In this document: in pieces, positions 1 through 10,029 of the stretch
Position numbering within the stretch: the stretch's first letter is position 1
How the letters are laid out: each line of letters opens with the position of its first letter
Source of the DNA: Obrimoposthia wandeli
Taxonomy: Eukaryota
Direction of reading: 5' to 3'
NCBI GenBank assembly: GCA_977020255.1
Contig: CDROCS010001295.1
Span: forward strand, 62,001-126,000
Length of the DNA: 64,000 nt
Position numbers and translations under genes: made by a program
Notes under the pieces: model-generated
Told to the model about the DNA's origin: nothing
What the model saw: only the letters and a program-made list of their open reading frames with translations
Database searches by the model: none

Positions 1-875
1 ATCGCTGTTTCAGCAGTACTGCGATCTTCAGTGATTGAAAAAGTGATAGGGTTTCCGACATCCGCTTTGTTTAGAGTAAAGCTAAAACCGGCTATTACAT
101 CATCAATGTTGTTATTTTCGCGAGTTACCGCTAAGCCATTTAATTTGATTTCTGCATTTTGCGCTTGCTGGGTTTCAGTAACAGCAGTATTTAACCCTCC
201 TGCTTCAAATTCAAAATCATCCAAAGCTGCGCTATCACCACTAATTTGCAACGCATTTTTTGCACCGGACTCAGAAGTCACCATCAACTGCGCCACCCCA
301 TCAATTTCTAAGACGGCCGCTTTCACACCGGACTCTGCATCATTTATTTTTTTAGCAATGTCCGTTAAAGAATCCGCGACATCTATAGAGACCTTGAAAG
401 AAGCTTTATCTGCATTGACCGCAAAACTACTAGCCACCTCTGGCGCACCTGCATAGGTCCATTCGCCTATTTTAAAGGTCAATTCGCCACTTTTATTTAA
501 CGCCGTGCTGGCATCACTCGCGGCAACATTAAATGCTAGCGTTTGTGCTGCGGCCACTTGCTCTACTTCAATTTTATAAGTACCGGGCTGGGCCGAGGAA
601 TCTAAACTATTTACCGATAATACATCCGTGGTTGGAACATTGACCGCCCGTGAATTAAACAAATCGGGATCTGCCAAGGGCGTCATCAATGTTTGTAATT
701 CACTCATACTGCCTTTAAGCGTACCGTAAGCGGATATTTGTGATTCGAAACCGGATTTTTTATTATCAATCTGCGTTTGCAAAGGTGCTTTTTGCGCAGC
801 AACTAAATCTGTCACAAGTTGTTGGCTATCAAAACCAGCACCAGCACCCAAAGCCGAAACAATACTTGTTGCCAT
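1..875 (-). CDS. fliD: Flagellar filament cap protein FliD, 5' part (runs off the left edge of the window)
   Basis: Manual translation from ATG at 875: MATSIVSALGAGAGFDSQQLVTDLVAAQKAP...ISAYGTLK...GTYKIEVEQVAAAQ...QQAQNAEIKLNGLAVTRENNNIDDVI. The frame is open to the edge and the gene follows flaG. Confidence 0.93.
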   Translation of the reverse strand, partial: MATSIVSALGAGAGFDSQQLVTDLVAAQKAPLQTQIDNKKSGFESQISAYGTLKGSMSELQTLMTPLADPDLFNSRAVNVPTTDVLSVNSLDSSAQPGTYKIEVEQVAAAQTLAFNVAASDASTALNKSGELTFKIGEWTYAGAPEVASSFAVNADKASFKVSIDVADSLTDIAKKINDAESGVKAAVLEIDGVAQLMVTSESGAKNALQISGDSAALDDFEFEAGGLNTAVTETQQAQNAEIKLNGLAVTRENNNIDDVIAGFSFTLNKADVGNPITFSITEDRSTAETA

Positions 876-993
876 ATTACCACCTATTTAGCTTTATCTT
901 GGTTCGTTTTGATACCAATAACTTTTGAACAGTTAAAGGTATAGCTTGTGATTAACTTAAGGGGCCGGTATTGCTTATCAAACCGGCCGGTAC

Positions 994-1377
994 TTAAGCT
1001 TTATCATTTAGTATAAGACCCAACATACTTTCTATCTGCTTAGCGACCGCTAAGGCCTCTTTGGTCGGCATTTGCCTAATCACATCTTGAGTCAACTTAT
1101 CTTTCACTACTACCACCATTTGATCGCTGTCTTGATCGATGGTAAAGCTTAAGTCACGCTGTGCTACATTTCCAACAAAGTTGTTTAACTTATCCACTGC
1201 CGCTTCTAGCTCTTGTGGATTCGCTTCAACGGCCTCTGTGACCGCAGCCACTGCCGCAACTTCTTTTGCTGCTTGCTCTGGTTTAGGTTGACTATTCTTT
1301 TCAACGTCCATTAGCTTCGAATTAGGCTGGCTAACACTTACCGGAACTGGATTGGCATTAATAGATTCGACTGACAT
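994..1377 (-). CDS. flaG: Flagellar protein FlaG
   Basis: C-terminal LSFTIDQDSDQMVVVVKDKLTQDVIRQMP motif; position between fliC and fliD. Confidence 0.92.
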   Translation of the reverse strand: MSVESINANPVPVSVSQPNSKLMDVEKNSQPKPEQAAKEVAAVAAVTEAVEANPQELEAAVDKLNNFVGNVAQRDLSFTIDQDSDQMVVVVKDKLTQDVIRQMPTKEALAVAKQIESMLGLILNDKA

Positions 1378-1395
1378 AATACACCTCTTAAGCTA

Positions 1396-1429
1396 AAAAG
1401 CCCTCACCACTAAAGATGGAGAGGGCTTT
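1396..1429 (-). terminator. Rho-independent terminator after fliC
   Basis: Inverted repeat AAAGCCCTC...GAGGGCTTT followed by a U-run on the minus strand, about 25 nt after the fliC stop. Confidence 0.75.
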
Positions 1430-1454
1430 CTTTAGATCAGATTATAAACGGATA

Positions 1455-3524
1455 TTACTGAAGTAGCGACAACACTTGCTGAGGACGTGAGTTAGCTTGT
1501 GCTAACATCGCATTACCGGCAGATTGCAGTACTTGAGCTCGTGACAAGTTAGCAGATTCTGCTGCAAAGTCAGCATCCATAATACGTGATTTAGCCGCAG
1601 ATGCGTTCTCAGAGACGTTAGCTAAGTTCTGAACCGTGAAATCTAAACGGTTAGTTACCGCACCTAATTCACCACGAACATCACTGATAGTTTGAATTGC
1701 AGTATCTAAAATACCGATGGCTTTGTTTGCGCCCGCTGCAGTTGAGATATCTAAGCTATTCACTGCGGCTCCGAATTTTCCATCAGCAGCTACGTTTGAA
1801 TCTAATAAACCAGTCTTAGCTTGAAGAGCCACTGTTTTATGTTCAACATTAATAGGGTTACCATTCTCCGATGTTAAACGAAGCCCACCGATAGCTATTG
1901 CGCCAGTACCAGCACCAGCTGCCATTGCAGCACTTGCTGTTCCAGCAGATTCTGCTTTAGCAGTCAAGAAGGTTTCAGTTCCTACTAGTGTGCCAGCCGC
2001 AAAGCCTGTTAATGAAATACCAGAGACATCACCTTCCAACACAACCGAGGAACCTTTTACGAAAGCGGTAATACCTGTATCTTTTGTGATTGCGTTAATA
2101 TCATTTGCAAATGAAGCCAAGAAATCAGTTGTAGCAAGCGCTCCAGTCACAGCAAGCTGAACACCATTCAAATGCGCACCTGTTGCACCTGCGGCTTGTG
2201 CTGCAATTGCAGTAATAGGGCCGTCAACGGATAAGGAAGTGAAGGAAGTGGCAGTTACTCCAGTTTGATCAGATATATCATTAATCGCTTTAATTTTGTC
2301 ATCTAAATCTGCGCTATCTGAAGCCGCTACTCCTACACCATTGATTTTAAAGTCACCAACGGCGAATGCGTTCGCATCTACTTCAATACCTTCAATAGTA
2401 CCACTTACATTACTTTCTCTAAAGCCCAAGTTATTCAAATCTTCTAAGTTACCAGCAGAACCTCTTTCAATAGATATTGGCTCACCATTATCTGCTGTTA
2501 GCGCTATTGAGCCTTGTGTTGTAGCTGGCGTACCAGCGGCTAACACACCGCCACCTGTACCTGTGACCGTCACTGTTTGTGCATTCTCAGCTGTTATTAC
2601 AAGTTTGCCGTCGTCGTTGACAGTAGCTGTAATTAACCCATTGCCTTCATCGGTTAATTTTTCTGCAACTTCTGTTAGATTCTCAGTGCCAGTAACTTCG
2701 ACCGCTTTAGTTGATCCATCTAAAGCTGTAATCTCAACTTTTAGTTTATCAGTACCTTCGATCATGATTCCTGTTCCAGCTGTGGCGGCCGTAACATTGC
2801 CTGTCATAGATGCCGTAACACCGGTAATATTTTGATTGATCGCATCCATCAGATCGTTGACTTGAGTGCCAGCTGTTGCTGCATTGTATTCTTCGCCCAA
2901 TTTGATAACTGATTGGCCATTAATCAACACATCATTATAGCCTAGTGCGTCGGCACCAGTGAAAAAAGCTAAATTAGTTGCGCCGCCTAGCACGTCCGCG
3001 CTAGTAGAACCCAATCCCAAATTTTTCGTATCCATTTTCTGAATATCAACTTCGATTGTTTGATTAGCTTTTTCACCGACCTGCAAACCGACCTTACCTA
3101 ATGATCCATCAAGGATATTCAAACCATTAAACGTGGTTGTTTCAGCAATACGATCAATTTCAGATTTTAATTGCTGTACTTCAGCATTTAGCGTACCACG
3201 GTTACCTGTATCGTAGATACCGTTGGCAGACTGAATAGATAGTTCACGCATACGCTGTAAAATATTGGTTGTTTGAGATAGCGCGCCTTCAGCGGTTTGA
3301 ATCATTGAAACACCATCGTTAGCGTTTCTGATTGCCATATCAAGACCTTTAACTTGCGAGGTCATACGGTTAGCAATCGCTAGGCCAGCTGCATCATCAC
3401 TTGCACTATTGATACGTAAACCACTTGACAAGCGTTCTGTTGCAGAATTCTGCGCGCTTAAAGAGTTGTTTAGGTGACGCTGTGCATTTAGAGACTGGAT
3501 ATTCGAATTGATTACCATTGCCAT
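1455..3524 (-). CDS. fliC: Flagellin, large (689 aa) with expanded outer domains
   Basis: Conserved N-terminus (INSNIQSLNAQRHL...ERLSSGLRINSASDDAAGLAI) and C-terminus (SRIMDADFAAESANLSRAQVLQ...QQVLSLLQ). Confidence 0.98.
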   Translation of the reverse strand: MAMVINSNIQSLNAQRHLNNSLSAQNSATERLSSGLRINSASDDAAGLAIANRMTSQVKGLDMAIRNANDGVSMIQTAEGALSQTTNILQRMRELSIQSANGIYDTGNRGTLNAEVQQLKSEIDRIAETTTFNGLNILDGSLGKVGLQVGEKANQTIEVDIQKMDTKNLGLGSTSADVLGGATNLAFFTGADALGYNDVLINGQSVIKLGEEYNAATAGTQVNDLMDAINQNITGVTASMTGNVTAATAGTGIMIEGTDKLKVEITALDGSTKAVEVTGTENLTEVAEKLTDEGNGLITATVNDDGKLVITAENAQTVTVTGTGGGVLAAGTPATTQGSIALTADNGEPISIERGSAGNLEDLNNLGFRESNVSGTIEGIEVDANAFAVGDFKINGVGVAASDSADLDDKIKAINDISDQTGVTATSFTSLSVDGPITAIAAQAAGATGAHLNGVQLAVTGALATTDFLASFANDINAITKDTGITAFVKGSSVVLEGDVSGISLTGFAAGTLVGTETFLTAKAESAGTASAAMAAGAGTGAIAIGGLRLTSENGNPINVEHKTVALQAKTGLLDSNVAADGKFGAAVNSLDISTAAGANKAIGILDTAIQTISDVRGELGAVTNRLDFTVQNLANVSENASAAKSRIMDADFAAESANLSRAQVLQSAGNAMLAQANSRPQQVLSLLQ

Positions 3525-3601
3525 GAGATTTTCTCCTCAATCTGCCAGATAGTCCTGACATTTTCTTACTATTAATCACATTTTTTAATGTGCTAATTTA
3601 T

Positions 3602-3628
3602 ATATCGACCACTTTGCACTTAGCTTAA
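3602..3628 (-). promoter_or_regulatory. sigma28 (FliA) promoter of fliC
   Basis: Minus strand TTAAGCTA-N11-GTCGATAT matches the TAAAGTTT-N11-GCCGATAA consensus, about 80 nt upstream of the ATG. Confidence 0.75.
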
Positions 3629-3854
3629 ATGTTAATTGTGATTTATTTCATATATTTTTAACTTTGTGCTTAATCATATTAAAGCTGCAGGCTTTGAGTT
3701 CTTTGTTTTGCTTTATTTATTCATGCTAAGATACTGCTAGCTTAGCTTTCCACTATTAACCACTCTTTGCTAGCGTAATTTATTTACACACTTACTCCAT
3801 CAACACTTATTATAAACGCCCTTAATACAATCGCACTTAATAAATAGGCACCTT

Positions 3855-4163
3855 ATGTTAAATCACTTACAACAAGCTTTGGTACAAGCAAAAAAAATTG
3901 TAGAGCTACTTAAAGAAGAAACGCAATGGGAGCAGCTGGAACCGCTAATAATAATTAGAGACCAACATCTAACGGCGGCAAACACAGCACTACAACCATT
4001 AGCAGCGAGTGATATAGAGAAGGTTAGAAATATATTATTGCAACTATCAGCACTGAATGAGGAATTGACTAATGCCGCTACTGCACACAAAAACGATCTT
4101 TATCAACAAATAAAGCTGAGTAATAAATCTAAAAAGATGAGCAAGGCTTATAAGGGGCTTTAA
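3855..4163 (+). CDS. FliT-like flagellar chaperone (102 aa, helical)
   Basis: Pattern QWEQLEPLIIIRDQHL...LNEEL...KMSKAY typical of short FliT proteins; AGG RBS; flagellar context. Confidence 0.6.
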   Translation: MLNHLQQALVQAKKIVELLKEETQWEQLEPLIIIRDQHLTAANTALQPLAASDIEKVRNILLQLSALNEELTNAATAHKNDLYQQIKLSNKSKKMSKAYKGL

Positions 4164-4309
4164 AACTGAAGCTGGATGAGACTAGCTTTTGGCAGATAAT
4201 ATCGATTTTCTTATTTAGCAGTTAAGACATCCAGCCCTATTCATTTGGTGGTATTGCTACTGTATTTTAATTATAACCAATGACCTAAATAGACCATTGG
4301 CTAAGGGTA

Positions 4310-5608
4310 CTATTGTATATGGTTAAATAAACTCATTGCGGACACCCGGCCGAATACCGCTTGTGATGCCTGCAGAGTCACTTCTTCTAGCTTAAACTCA
4401 CTAATCGCTGCTGGCATATCAACATCTTGGATACTACTCAAGCTGGTTTTTGCAAACAACTCAAAATCTAAGTTATTGGTTTTAACATTTTCCATAAAGC
4501 GCAAGCGTGTACCTAACTGTGTCACACTTTCTATATTTCTCTCCGATGCCTGATCCCACTGTGTAAACATCTTAGCAGTTTGCTTTTCAAGATTTATCCT
4601 AGCATCACCATTTGATATAGGTTTTTCTAACTCTGCTGCATAACTTTGCACTGCATCTAAGATGTTTTTACGCTCTGGCTCAGTATGCAAAACACTGGTA
4701 TTTTCGCCGGTAAAACTTTCCGGCGATACTGCTGCCGCTAAGTAAAATTTCATTCCAAAAAGCTCTTGACGATCTCCAGGGGTGAAAGCGATACCAGTCA
4801 AGGGCGTAACCCCATCAGATGAAAGCGCTGCAGCACCGTTGCTATCTGTCACTGAATAGCTATGCACGGCAGGTAATGGTAATAATACCACCGAGGTAGT
4901 TATCGTCAAGTCACCCAGGTTTTTACTAAAATCTTTAAACTGCGCTTCATCTTCAACGGTGTCAAAAACAACATTGGTTACTTGCGGCACAGGCGGCCCT
5001 GGTTGACTTGCATACGTCCCTTTAACGGTTGTTTGCAAAGTATTGGTTACTGCTTCAAATAAATACTGCCCTGAATCATTAGAAGGCACTAATAAATCAT
5101 TTGACACTTTAATATGCCTTTGCCCATCATCACCTTGGTATTGATAACTACTATCGGCTTGTTGCTGGTAAGGCTTGGTAGTTCCTTTGGAGCCACTGAA
5201 AATATACTCACCTTGGCTATCTTGAGTATTCATTAAACCCGCCATAAAATCGGCTTCCGTTTTCAGGCTTACCGCGATCGAAGCTCGATCACTGTCAGTT
5301 AAAGTCCCTGTGGATCCCTGTATGACAAGCTCTTTAACCCTATCCATCGAGGTGCGCATGGATTGCATGACCGACTCTTGTAGTGTTAAACGCCTATCTG
5401 TTGCCTTAATATTAATTTCATACTTGTCATATTGGGCAAGTTCACGTTCTAATTTTAAGACTTGCGCGGCAGCTACCGGATCGTCTGAAGGCTGTAAAAT
5501 GCGCTTACCACTGGATATTTGCTGCTGTAGATTATCAATCTTGACATTAGAGCGCTGCATATTATCTATTGAGGTGAGGTACTGCTGCTGGGTAGTGACG
5601 CGTAACAT
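4310..5608 (-). CDS. flgL: Flagellar hook-associated protein 3
   Basis: MLRVTTQQQY...QQQISSGKRILQPSDDPVAAAQ; C-terminal LQASQAVFGRVSAMSLFN. Confidence 0.96.
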   Translation of the reverse strand: MLRVTTQQQYLTSIDNMQRSNVKIDNLQQQISSGKRILQPSDDPVAAAQVLKLERELAQYDKYEINIKATDRRLTLQESVMQSMRTSMDRVKELVIQGSTGTLTDSDRASIAVSLKTEADFMAGLMNTQDSQGEYIFSGSKGTTKPYQQQADSSYQYQGDDGQRHIKVSNDLLVPSNDSGQYLFEAVTNTLQTTVKGTYASQPGPPVPQVTNVVFDTVEDEAQFKDFSKNLGDLTITTSVVLLPLPAVHSYSVTDSNGAAALSSDGVTPLTGIAFTPGDRQELFGMKFYLAAAVSPESFTGENTSVLHTEPERKNILDAVQSYAAELEKPISNGDARINLEKQTAKMFTQWDQASERNIESVTQLGTRLRFMENVKTNNLDFELFAKTSLSSIQDVDMPAAISEFKLEEVTLQASQAVFGRVSAMSLFNHIQ

Positions 5609-5649
5609 AATAATTCTCCTAGGCTAGCTTTATAGCTTTAAGCTATTAT

Positions 5650-7719
5650 CTAAAAGCTCTGTAACAAAGTATCGAACAAAGTCTGTGAAGTAGTGATTAC
5701 TCTTGCCGAGGCCTGATAAGCTTGCTGATATTGCACCAAACGCGCGGCTTCTTCATCTAGATTCACACCAGTAATACTTGCAAGCGTTGCTTTTGTGCTA
5801 CTTAATACTGCCGAACTTGCGGTCAGGTTAATCTTACCTGTAGCGGCTATGGCACCTACATTTTCTACTATCTTTGAATAGTGATCTTGTAGTGAGCCAT
5901 TAGGCAGCAGTTTTTTTGCCTGAATCGCGGATAAGGCAAGCGCATTTCTATTGTCTGAAACACCATCTTTGTTGTAATCAAACTCAAATCGATCACCTAC
6001 TTTTGGCACATTATCGATGGTAACACTGTAACCTGAAGAGGCTGTTACATTAGGCCCCGGAATTTCAATCGCCTCTCCTGCTGTAAATTTGCTGCTTGTC
6101 GCCAGCGGGAATAAGGGATCCAACCCCAAAATAATCGGCTGTGGATCCAATGGATTACTAACATTAAATACAGTATATCGAAGCACAGGATTAAGAGGGT
6201 CAGTATTATCCTGACTAAAAACTATTTCTACTGGTGGGTCTAACTTGCCGGTATTGTCCGAGTTTAAAAACGCTGTGCTTGTAGGGTTGGTAATCTCTAC
6301 AGTAGCAACGCCTGACCCGGTATTGTTCGGATTTGTAGTGATGCGTACAGGGCTTGCTAACGCAACCTGTTTTACATCGGTCATGACACTGTTGATTTCT
6401 GCCGCTGCGTTGCGTGTTGGCTGTACAACGAATTTATCACCCACACTAAAAAAACTATTGGCATTGACTTCGACTAACACTCCATCAAATTTGGCATTCA
6501 GCTTGCCTGTATTATTATCTAGATAATAACTATTATCGGGCAAGCTTGAAGGGGGCGAAGGTGCCACTGTCACTTTACTCAAGCTCACTTCGGCATTTGA
6601 GGGCGAGCGCTTTACCGTCAACTCATCATCACTACCGATTGCTAATTCGTAATCATCAGTGGTCAATTTTGATACGTCATCTATATTAACATATGCAGAG
6701 TTTACTGTTGATACGTTATCGGTATTGGCTTTTAATCGCCCACGTATTGCAGTGTTACTGTTAATATCACTAAAAACATTACCGCCGAGCTCATTATCTA
6801 ACGTCATGCCTTTTTTGTGCTGAGTATTCGTTTCATCCGCTAACGCCAATGCAATACGCCCCAGTTCATTAATACTTGGATTGAGCACATTATTTCTAAA
6901 TTCTTTAACACCTCCAAGTGCACCACCGGAAACTTGCTGGGTGATATTAATTTCGGAACCTGACATTTTTATAAAGACTTGCGGTTGTGAATTATCGGGA
7001 TTACCGGTTTTCAACTCAACACTATTAACTGTTTTACCCACCACTAACGGCTGCCCACTGCCGATAAACATGTTGTATTGCTCACCTTGCTCTACAACAT
7101 TGACATCGACCAATTCTGCAATTTTATTAACCAGCACATCGCGTTGGTCTTTCAATTCATTAACAGGTTGACCATTATTGGTTAGCTGTTGAATTTGATC
7201 GTTTAATGCTGCCACTGATTTGGCGTAATTACTTAAATTACCAGTAGCCGCTTTCATTGTGGCATTGACGGCGTCATTTTGTACATTTAAATGGTCTGAT
7301 AAACTATTAAACCGCCTGGACAACGCTGAGGTTTCTTCGATATATAATTGCCTATTTGCCAGCGAAGTAGGATCATCAACAACGTTTTGCATAGAGGTAA
7401 AATAAGTATCTAACTGTGCAGAAATACTGGTACTACTTGAAGCCAATAAATTATCGGTTTGGCTAATTAACGAATCCGTTAAATTCAAACTATTGTAGCT
7501 CGACAAATCAGACCAATGCTGGCGGGTGAGAAACTGATCTGTAGCCCTATCAATATCCTGTATGCGGGTACCTTGGCGATCATTGATAGATACAAAATTG
7601 GCGTTTTGTCTCGAATAACCTTCAGTACTGGCATTAGCGATATTTTGGCTGACGGTCGTCAGTGCGGTTCTATTAGATAATAGCGCTTGGCTACCAACAT
7701 TAAGTAAATTAAAAGACAT
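5650..7719 (-). CDS. flgK: Flagellar hook-associated protein 1
   Basis: TVSQNIANASTEGYSRQ; C-terminal GVNLDEEAARLVQYQQAYQASARVI. Confidence 0.97.
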   Translation of the reverse strand: MSFNLLNVGSQALLSNRTALTTVSQNIANASTEGYSRQNANFVSINDRQGTRIQDIDRATDQFLTRQHWSDLSSYNSLNLTDSLISQTDNLLASSSTSISAQLDTYFTSMQNVVDDPTSLANRQLYIEETSALSRRFNSLSDHLNVQNDAVNATMKAATGNLSNYAKSVAALNDQIQQLTNNGQPVNELKDQRDVLVNKIAELVDVNVVEQGEQYNMFIGSGQPLVVGKTVNSVELKTGNPDNSQPQVFIKMSGSEINITQQVSGGALGGVKEFRNNVLNPSINELGRIALALADETNTQHKKGMTLDNELGGNVFSDINSNTAIRGRLKANTDNVSTVNSAYVNIDDVSKLTTDDYELAIGSDDELTVKRSPSNAEVSLSKVTVAPSPPSSLPDNSYYLDNNTGKLNAKFDGVLVEVNANSFFSVGDKFVVQPTRNAAAEINSVMTDVKQVALASPVRITTNPNNTGSGVATVEITNPTSTAFLNSDNTGKLDPPVEIVFSQDNTDPLNPVLRYTVFNVSNPLDPQPIILGLDPLFPLATSSKFTAGEAIEIPGPNVTASSGYSVTIDNVPKVGDRFEFDYNKDGVSDNRNALALSAIQAKKLLPNGSLQDHYSKIVENVGAIAATGKINLTASSAVLSSTKATLASITGVNLDEEAARLVQYQQAYQASARVITTSQTLFDTLLQSF

Positions 7720-7822
7720 TTGCCCCTCCTAACGATCTTTACTTGCGCAACAACCGCCACTTTAAATCAGTTTCTCTGCAAGCTAAAAATTAAAGTTCAA
7801 TAACCGCAAAGTCTAAGTAGTT

Positions 7823-7849
7823 ATATCGGCTAGTAGCTAGCCTTCATTA
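7823..7849 (-). promoter_or_regulatory. Putative sigma28 promoter upstream of flgK
   Basis: Minus strand TAAT-N15-GCCGATAT, with a near-perfect -10 element, overlapping the flgJ stop. Confidence 0.55.
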
Positions 7850-8886
7850 GATGTTTTCGTGCTGTTTTCGATAATATCGCTATTGTAGATACTAGATATT
7901 TTATCAGCATATTTAGGGTCGGTTGCATAACCGGCTTTCTGCAGTAACTGTACGTACTTTTGTGGATCTGCTGCAGCGCTAATTGCCTCTTGATACCTAG
8001 GACTTTCCTTTAGAAACTTAACGTAGTCTTTAAAACTTGCTTCGTATGAATCGTAAGATCTAAACTTAGCCACTTCTTTAACCATCACGCCATTTTTAAA
8101 CTCTAAGGTATTTGCCGCTTTTGCCTCACCATCCCAGCTACCGCCCGCTTTAATATTAAATAGGTTATAGCTGTTTTGGCCACTGCCATCGCGCACCATA
8201 TGCTTACCCCAACCCGTTTCTAATGCCGCTTGTGCTAGCAATACCTTAGGATCTACGCCTAATTCTTTAGCTACGCCTTGTGCTAACGGCATTAAGTTAT
8301 CAACAAACTGTTGCGCAGATTCAAACTTCTCTGGCATATTTTGGTTTGCTTGGCTGTACAGTTCAGCTTTATGTGATTTCAACTCATCAATAGATTTTTG
8401 CAGTGCTTTATCATTTTCACTGGGAGCAAACTTATAGTCGCCTAATACCGCTGAAGCTGCTAAGTTCGCACCATTGCCATAGGCTTTGCGCAACCAATCT
8501 TCAGTGTTGAGCGATTTATCTTTGGTTTCATCGCCTGTTTGATCGTCCATGGCAATTTTTAATTGATTACTCAGCTGTCTTACCAACACATCGGTTAAAC
8601 CAATGCCGCGACCTTCTACCATATCTAAAGTCATCTGCTGGTCCATCATATCTTGATAAAAACGTACATCTCCACCGGTAAAAACATTATCAGGATCTGA
8701 AATAACTTCGTTGGCATCGCGCATACTTTTGAGCATTTGATTAAGAAATATCTGCTCGAACTGCTTGGCTACTTCGCGCAATGCGCCAGGCTTGTCATTT
8801 TTGGCTTGTGTTTTTAGCGACTGCAAGCTATTTAAATCGGAATATAAAGCGCTGCCTTTTGAGGGAATTGGGTTATCTATACTCAT
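7837..8886 (-). CDS. flgJ: Flagellar rod assembly protein/muramidase FlgJ
   Basis: N-terminal EVAKQFEQIFLNQMLKSMR rod-cap domain plus glucosaminidase domain (AQAALETGWG, NLFNIKA, GYATDPKY). Confidence 0.97.
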   Translation of the reverse strand: MSIDNPIPSKGSALYSDLNSLQSLKTQAKNDKPGALREVAKQFEQIFLNQMLKSMRDANEVISDPDNVFTGGDVRFYQDMMDQQMTLDMVEGRGIGLTDVLVRQLSNQLKIAMDDQTGDETKDKSLNTEDWLRKAYGNGANLAASAVLGDYKFAPSENDKALQKSIDELKSHKAELYSQANQNMPEKFESAQQFVDNLMPLAQGVAKELGVDPKVLLAQAALETGWGKHMVRDGSGQNSYNLFNIKAGGSWDGEAKAANTLEFKNGVMVKEVAKFRSYDSYEASFKDYVKFLKESPRYQEAISAAADPQKYVQLLQKAGYATDPKYADKISSIYNSDIIENSTKTSNEG

Positions 8887-8887
8887 A

Positions 8888-9976
8888 TTAAATCACTATT
8901 AAATCCGCTTTTATGGCACCCGACTGTTTAAGCGCTTCTAAAATAGCCATTAAATCACCCGGTGCTGCCCCCACCTGATTGACAGAATCGACGATTTGCT
9001 GCAGCGAAGTGCCCGCATTAAAATTAAACATGTGACCAGAACCTTCATCGACCTGAATACCCGTTCTTGGAGTAATAACAGTCTCACCACCTGCTAAGGC
9101 ATTTGGCTGATCAACATCTAGGTTTTCGGTAATTGTGACAGTTAAGCCACCGTGAGTGACTGCAACTGGCGAAACTCTTACATCTTGACCGATAACGATA
9201 GTGCCCGTTCTTGAGTTAATAATTATTTTGGCGGTTTCTTTAGCAGGCGTTACTTCTAGATTCTCTAGTACTGACACAAATGAAACACGCTGAGATGGGT
9301 GCCTAGGTGCTCGTACTCTAATGGAAGTAGCATCTAAAGGCATCGCTGTTTGGGCACCCAATAAATTATTAATCACTTCGGCTACTCGCCTTGCGGTTGT
9401 AAAGTCAGAGTGATTTAAATTAAGCGTAAGACTGTCACCTTGCGTAAATGCGTTTGGCACTAAACGTTCCACAGATGCACCATTAGGTATACGCCCAACA
9501 CTAGGTACATTTAAGCTGACTCTCGATCCATCATTACCTTCTGCACCAAAACCTGCCACTACTAAGTTACCTTGAGCAATAGCATACACATTGCCATCAG
9601 CTCCTTTTAACGGTGACAATAATAAACTCCCACCTCTTAAGCTTTTAGCATCACCCAAAGTCGATACTGTGATGTCAATGGTTTGTCCAATTTTTGCAAA
9701 GGGTGGCAAATCAGCATGAATTGCAACTGCTGCAATATTTTTGGAACTTGGGTTTACATTTGCAGGAATCTGCACCCCAAAATTATTTAGTAAATTTCTG
9801 AAGGTTTGCGAAGTGAAGTTCGATTTATCTCCACTGCCATCTAAACCAACGACAAGGCCATAACCGACTAATTGGTTGTTGCGCACCCCTGAAATCGACG
9901 TTAAATCCTTAATCCTTTCAGCCGATGCATTAAAGGATAAAATCATTGTGGTGATAAATATGATGATTTTTTGCAT
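8888..9976 (-). CDS. flgI: Flagellar P-ring protein
   Basis: ERIKDL...[21 protein letters not shown]; C-terminal [18 protein letters not shown]. Confidence 0.98.
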   Translation of the reverse strand: MQKIIIFITTMILSFNASAERIKDLTSISGVRNNQLVGYGLVVGLDGSGDKSNFTSQTFRNLLNNFGVQIPANVNPSSKNIAAVAIHADLPPFAKIGQTIDITVSTLGDAKSLRGGSLLLSPLKGADGNVYAIAQGNLVVAGFGAEGNDGSRVSLNVPSVGRIPNGASVERLVPNAFTQGDSLTLNLNHSDFTTARRVAEVINNLLGAQTAMPLDATSIRVRAPRHPSQRVSFVSVLENLEVTPAKETAKIIINSRTGTIVIGQDVRVSPVAVTHGGLTVTITENLDVDQPNALAGGETVITPRTGIQVDEGSGHMFNFNAGTSLQQIVDSVNQVGAAPGDLMAILEALKQSGAIKADLIVI

Positions 9977-10029
9977 CTTAATACCTATGTTTAACTAATT
10001 AAAAGGGCTGAATCCTAAAAGGGCGTATC

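Noticed and set aside
31-456. Plus-strand ORF 31-456 and similar antisense ORFs (2296-2835, 5310-5627, 6245-6526, 17867-18202, 19422-19811, 25228-25617 and others)
   Set aside because: They lie wholly opposite well-supported genes and have the Ser/Thr/Ala-rich composition of antisense shadows.
1455-3524. Flagellinolysin (metalloprotease-bearing flagellin), suggested by the large size
   Set aside because: No HExxH motif anywhere in the variable region.
3525-3560. CsrA-binding GGA motifs in the fliC leader
   Set aside because: Only two GGA motifs, one being the RBS and the other partly in a stem; too weak to call.
4164-4309. Flagellar glycosylation island between flgL and fliC
   Set aside because: The interval holds only the FliT-like gene and short spacers; no glycosyltransferase genes.
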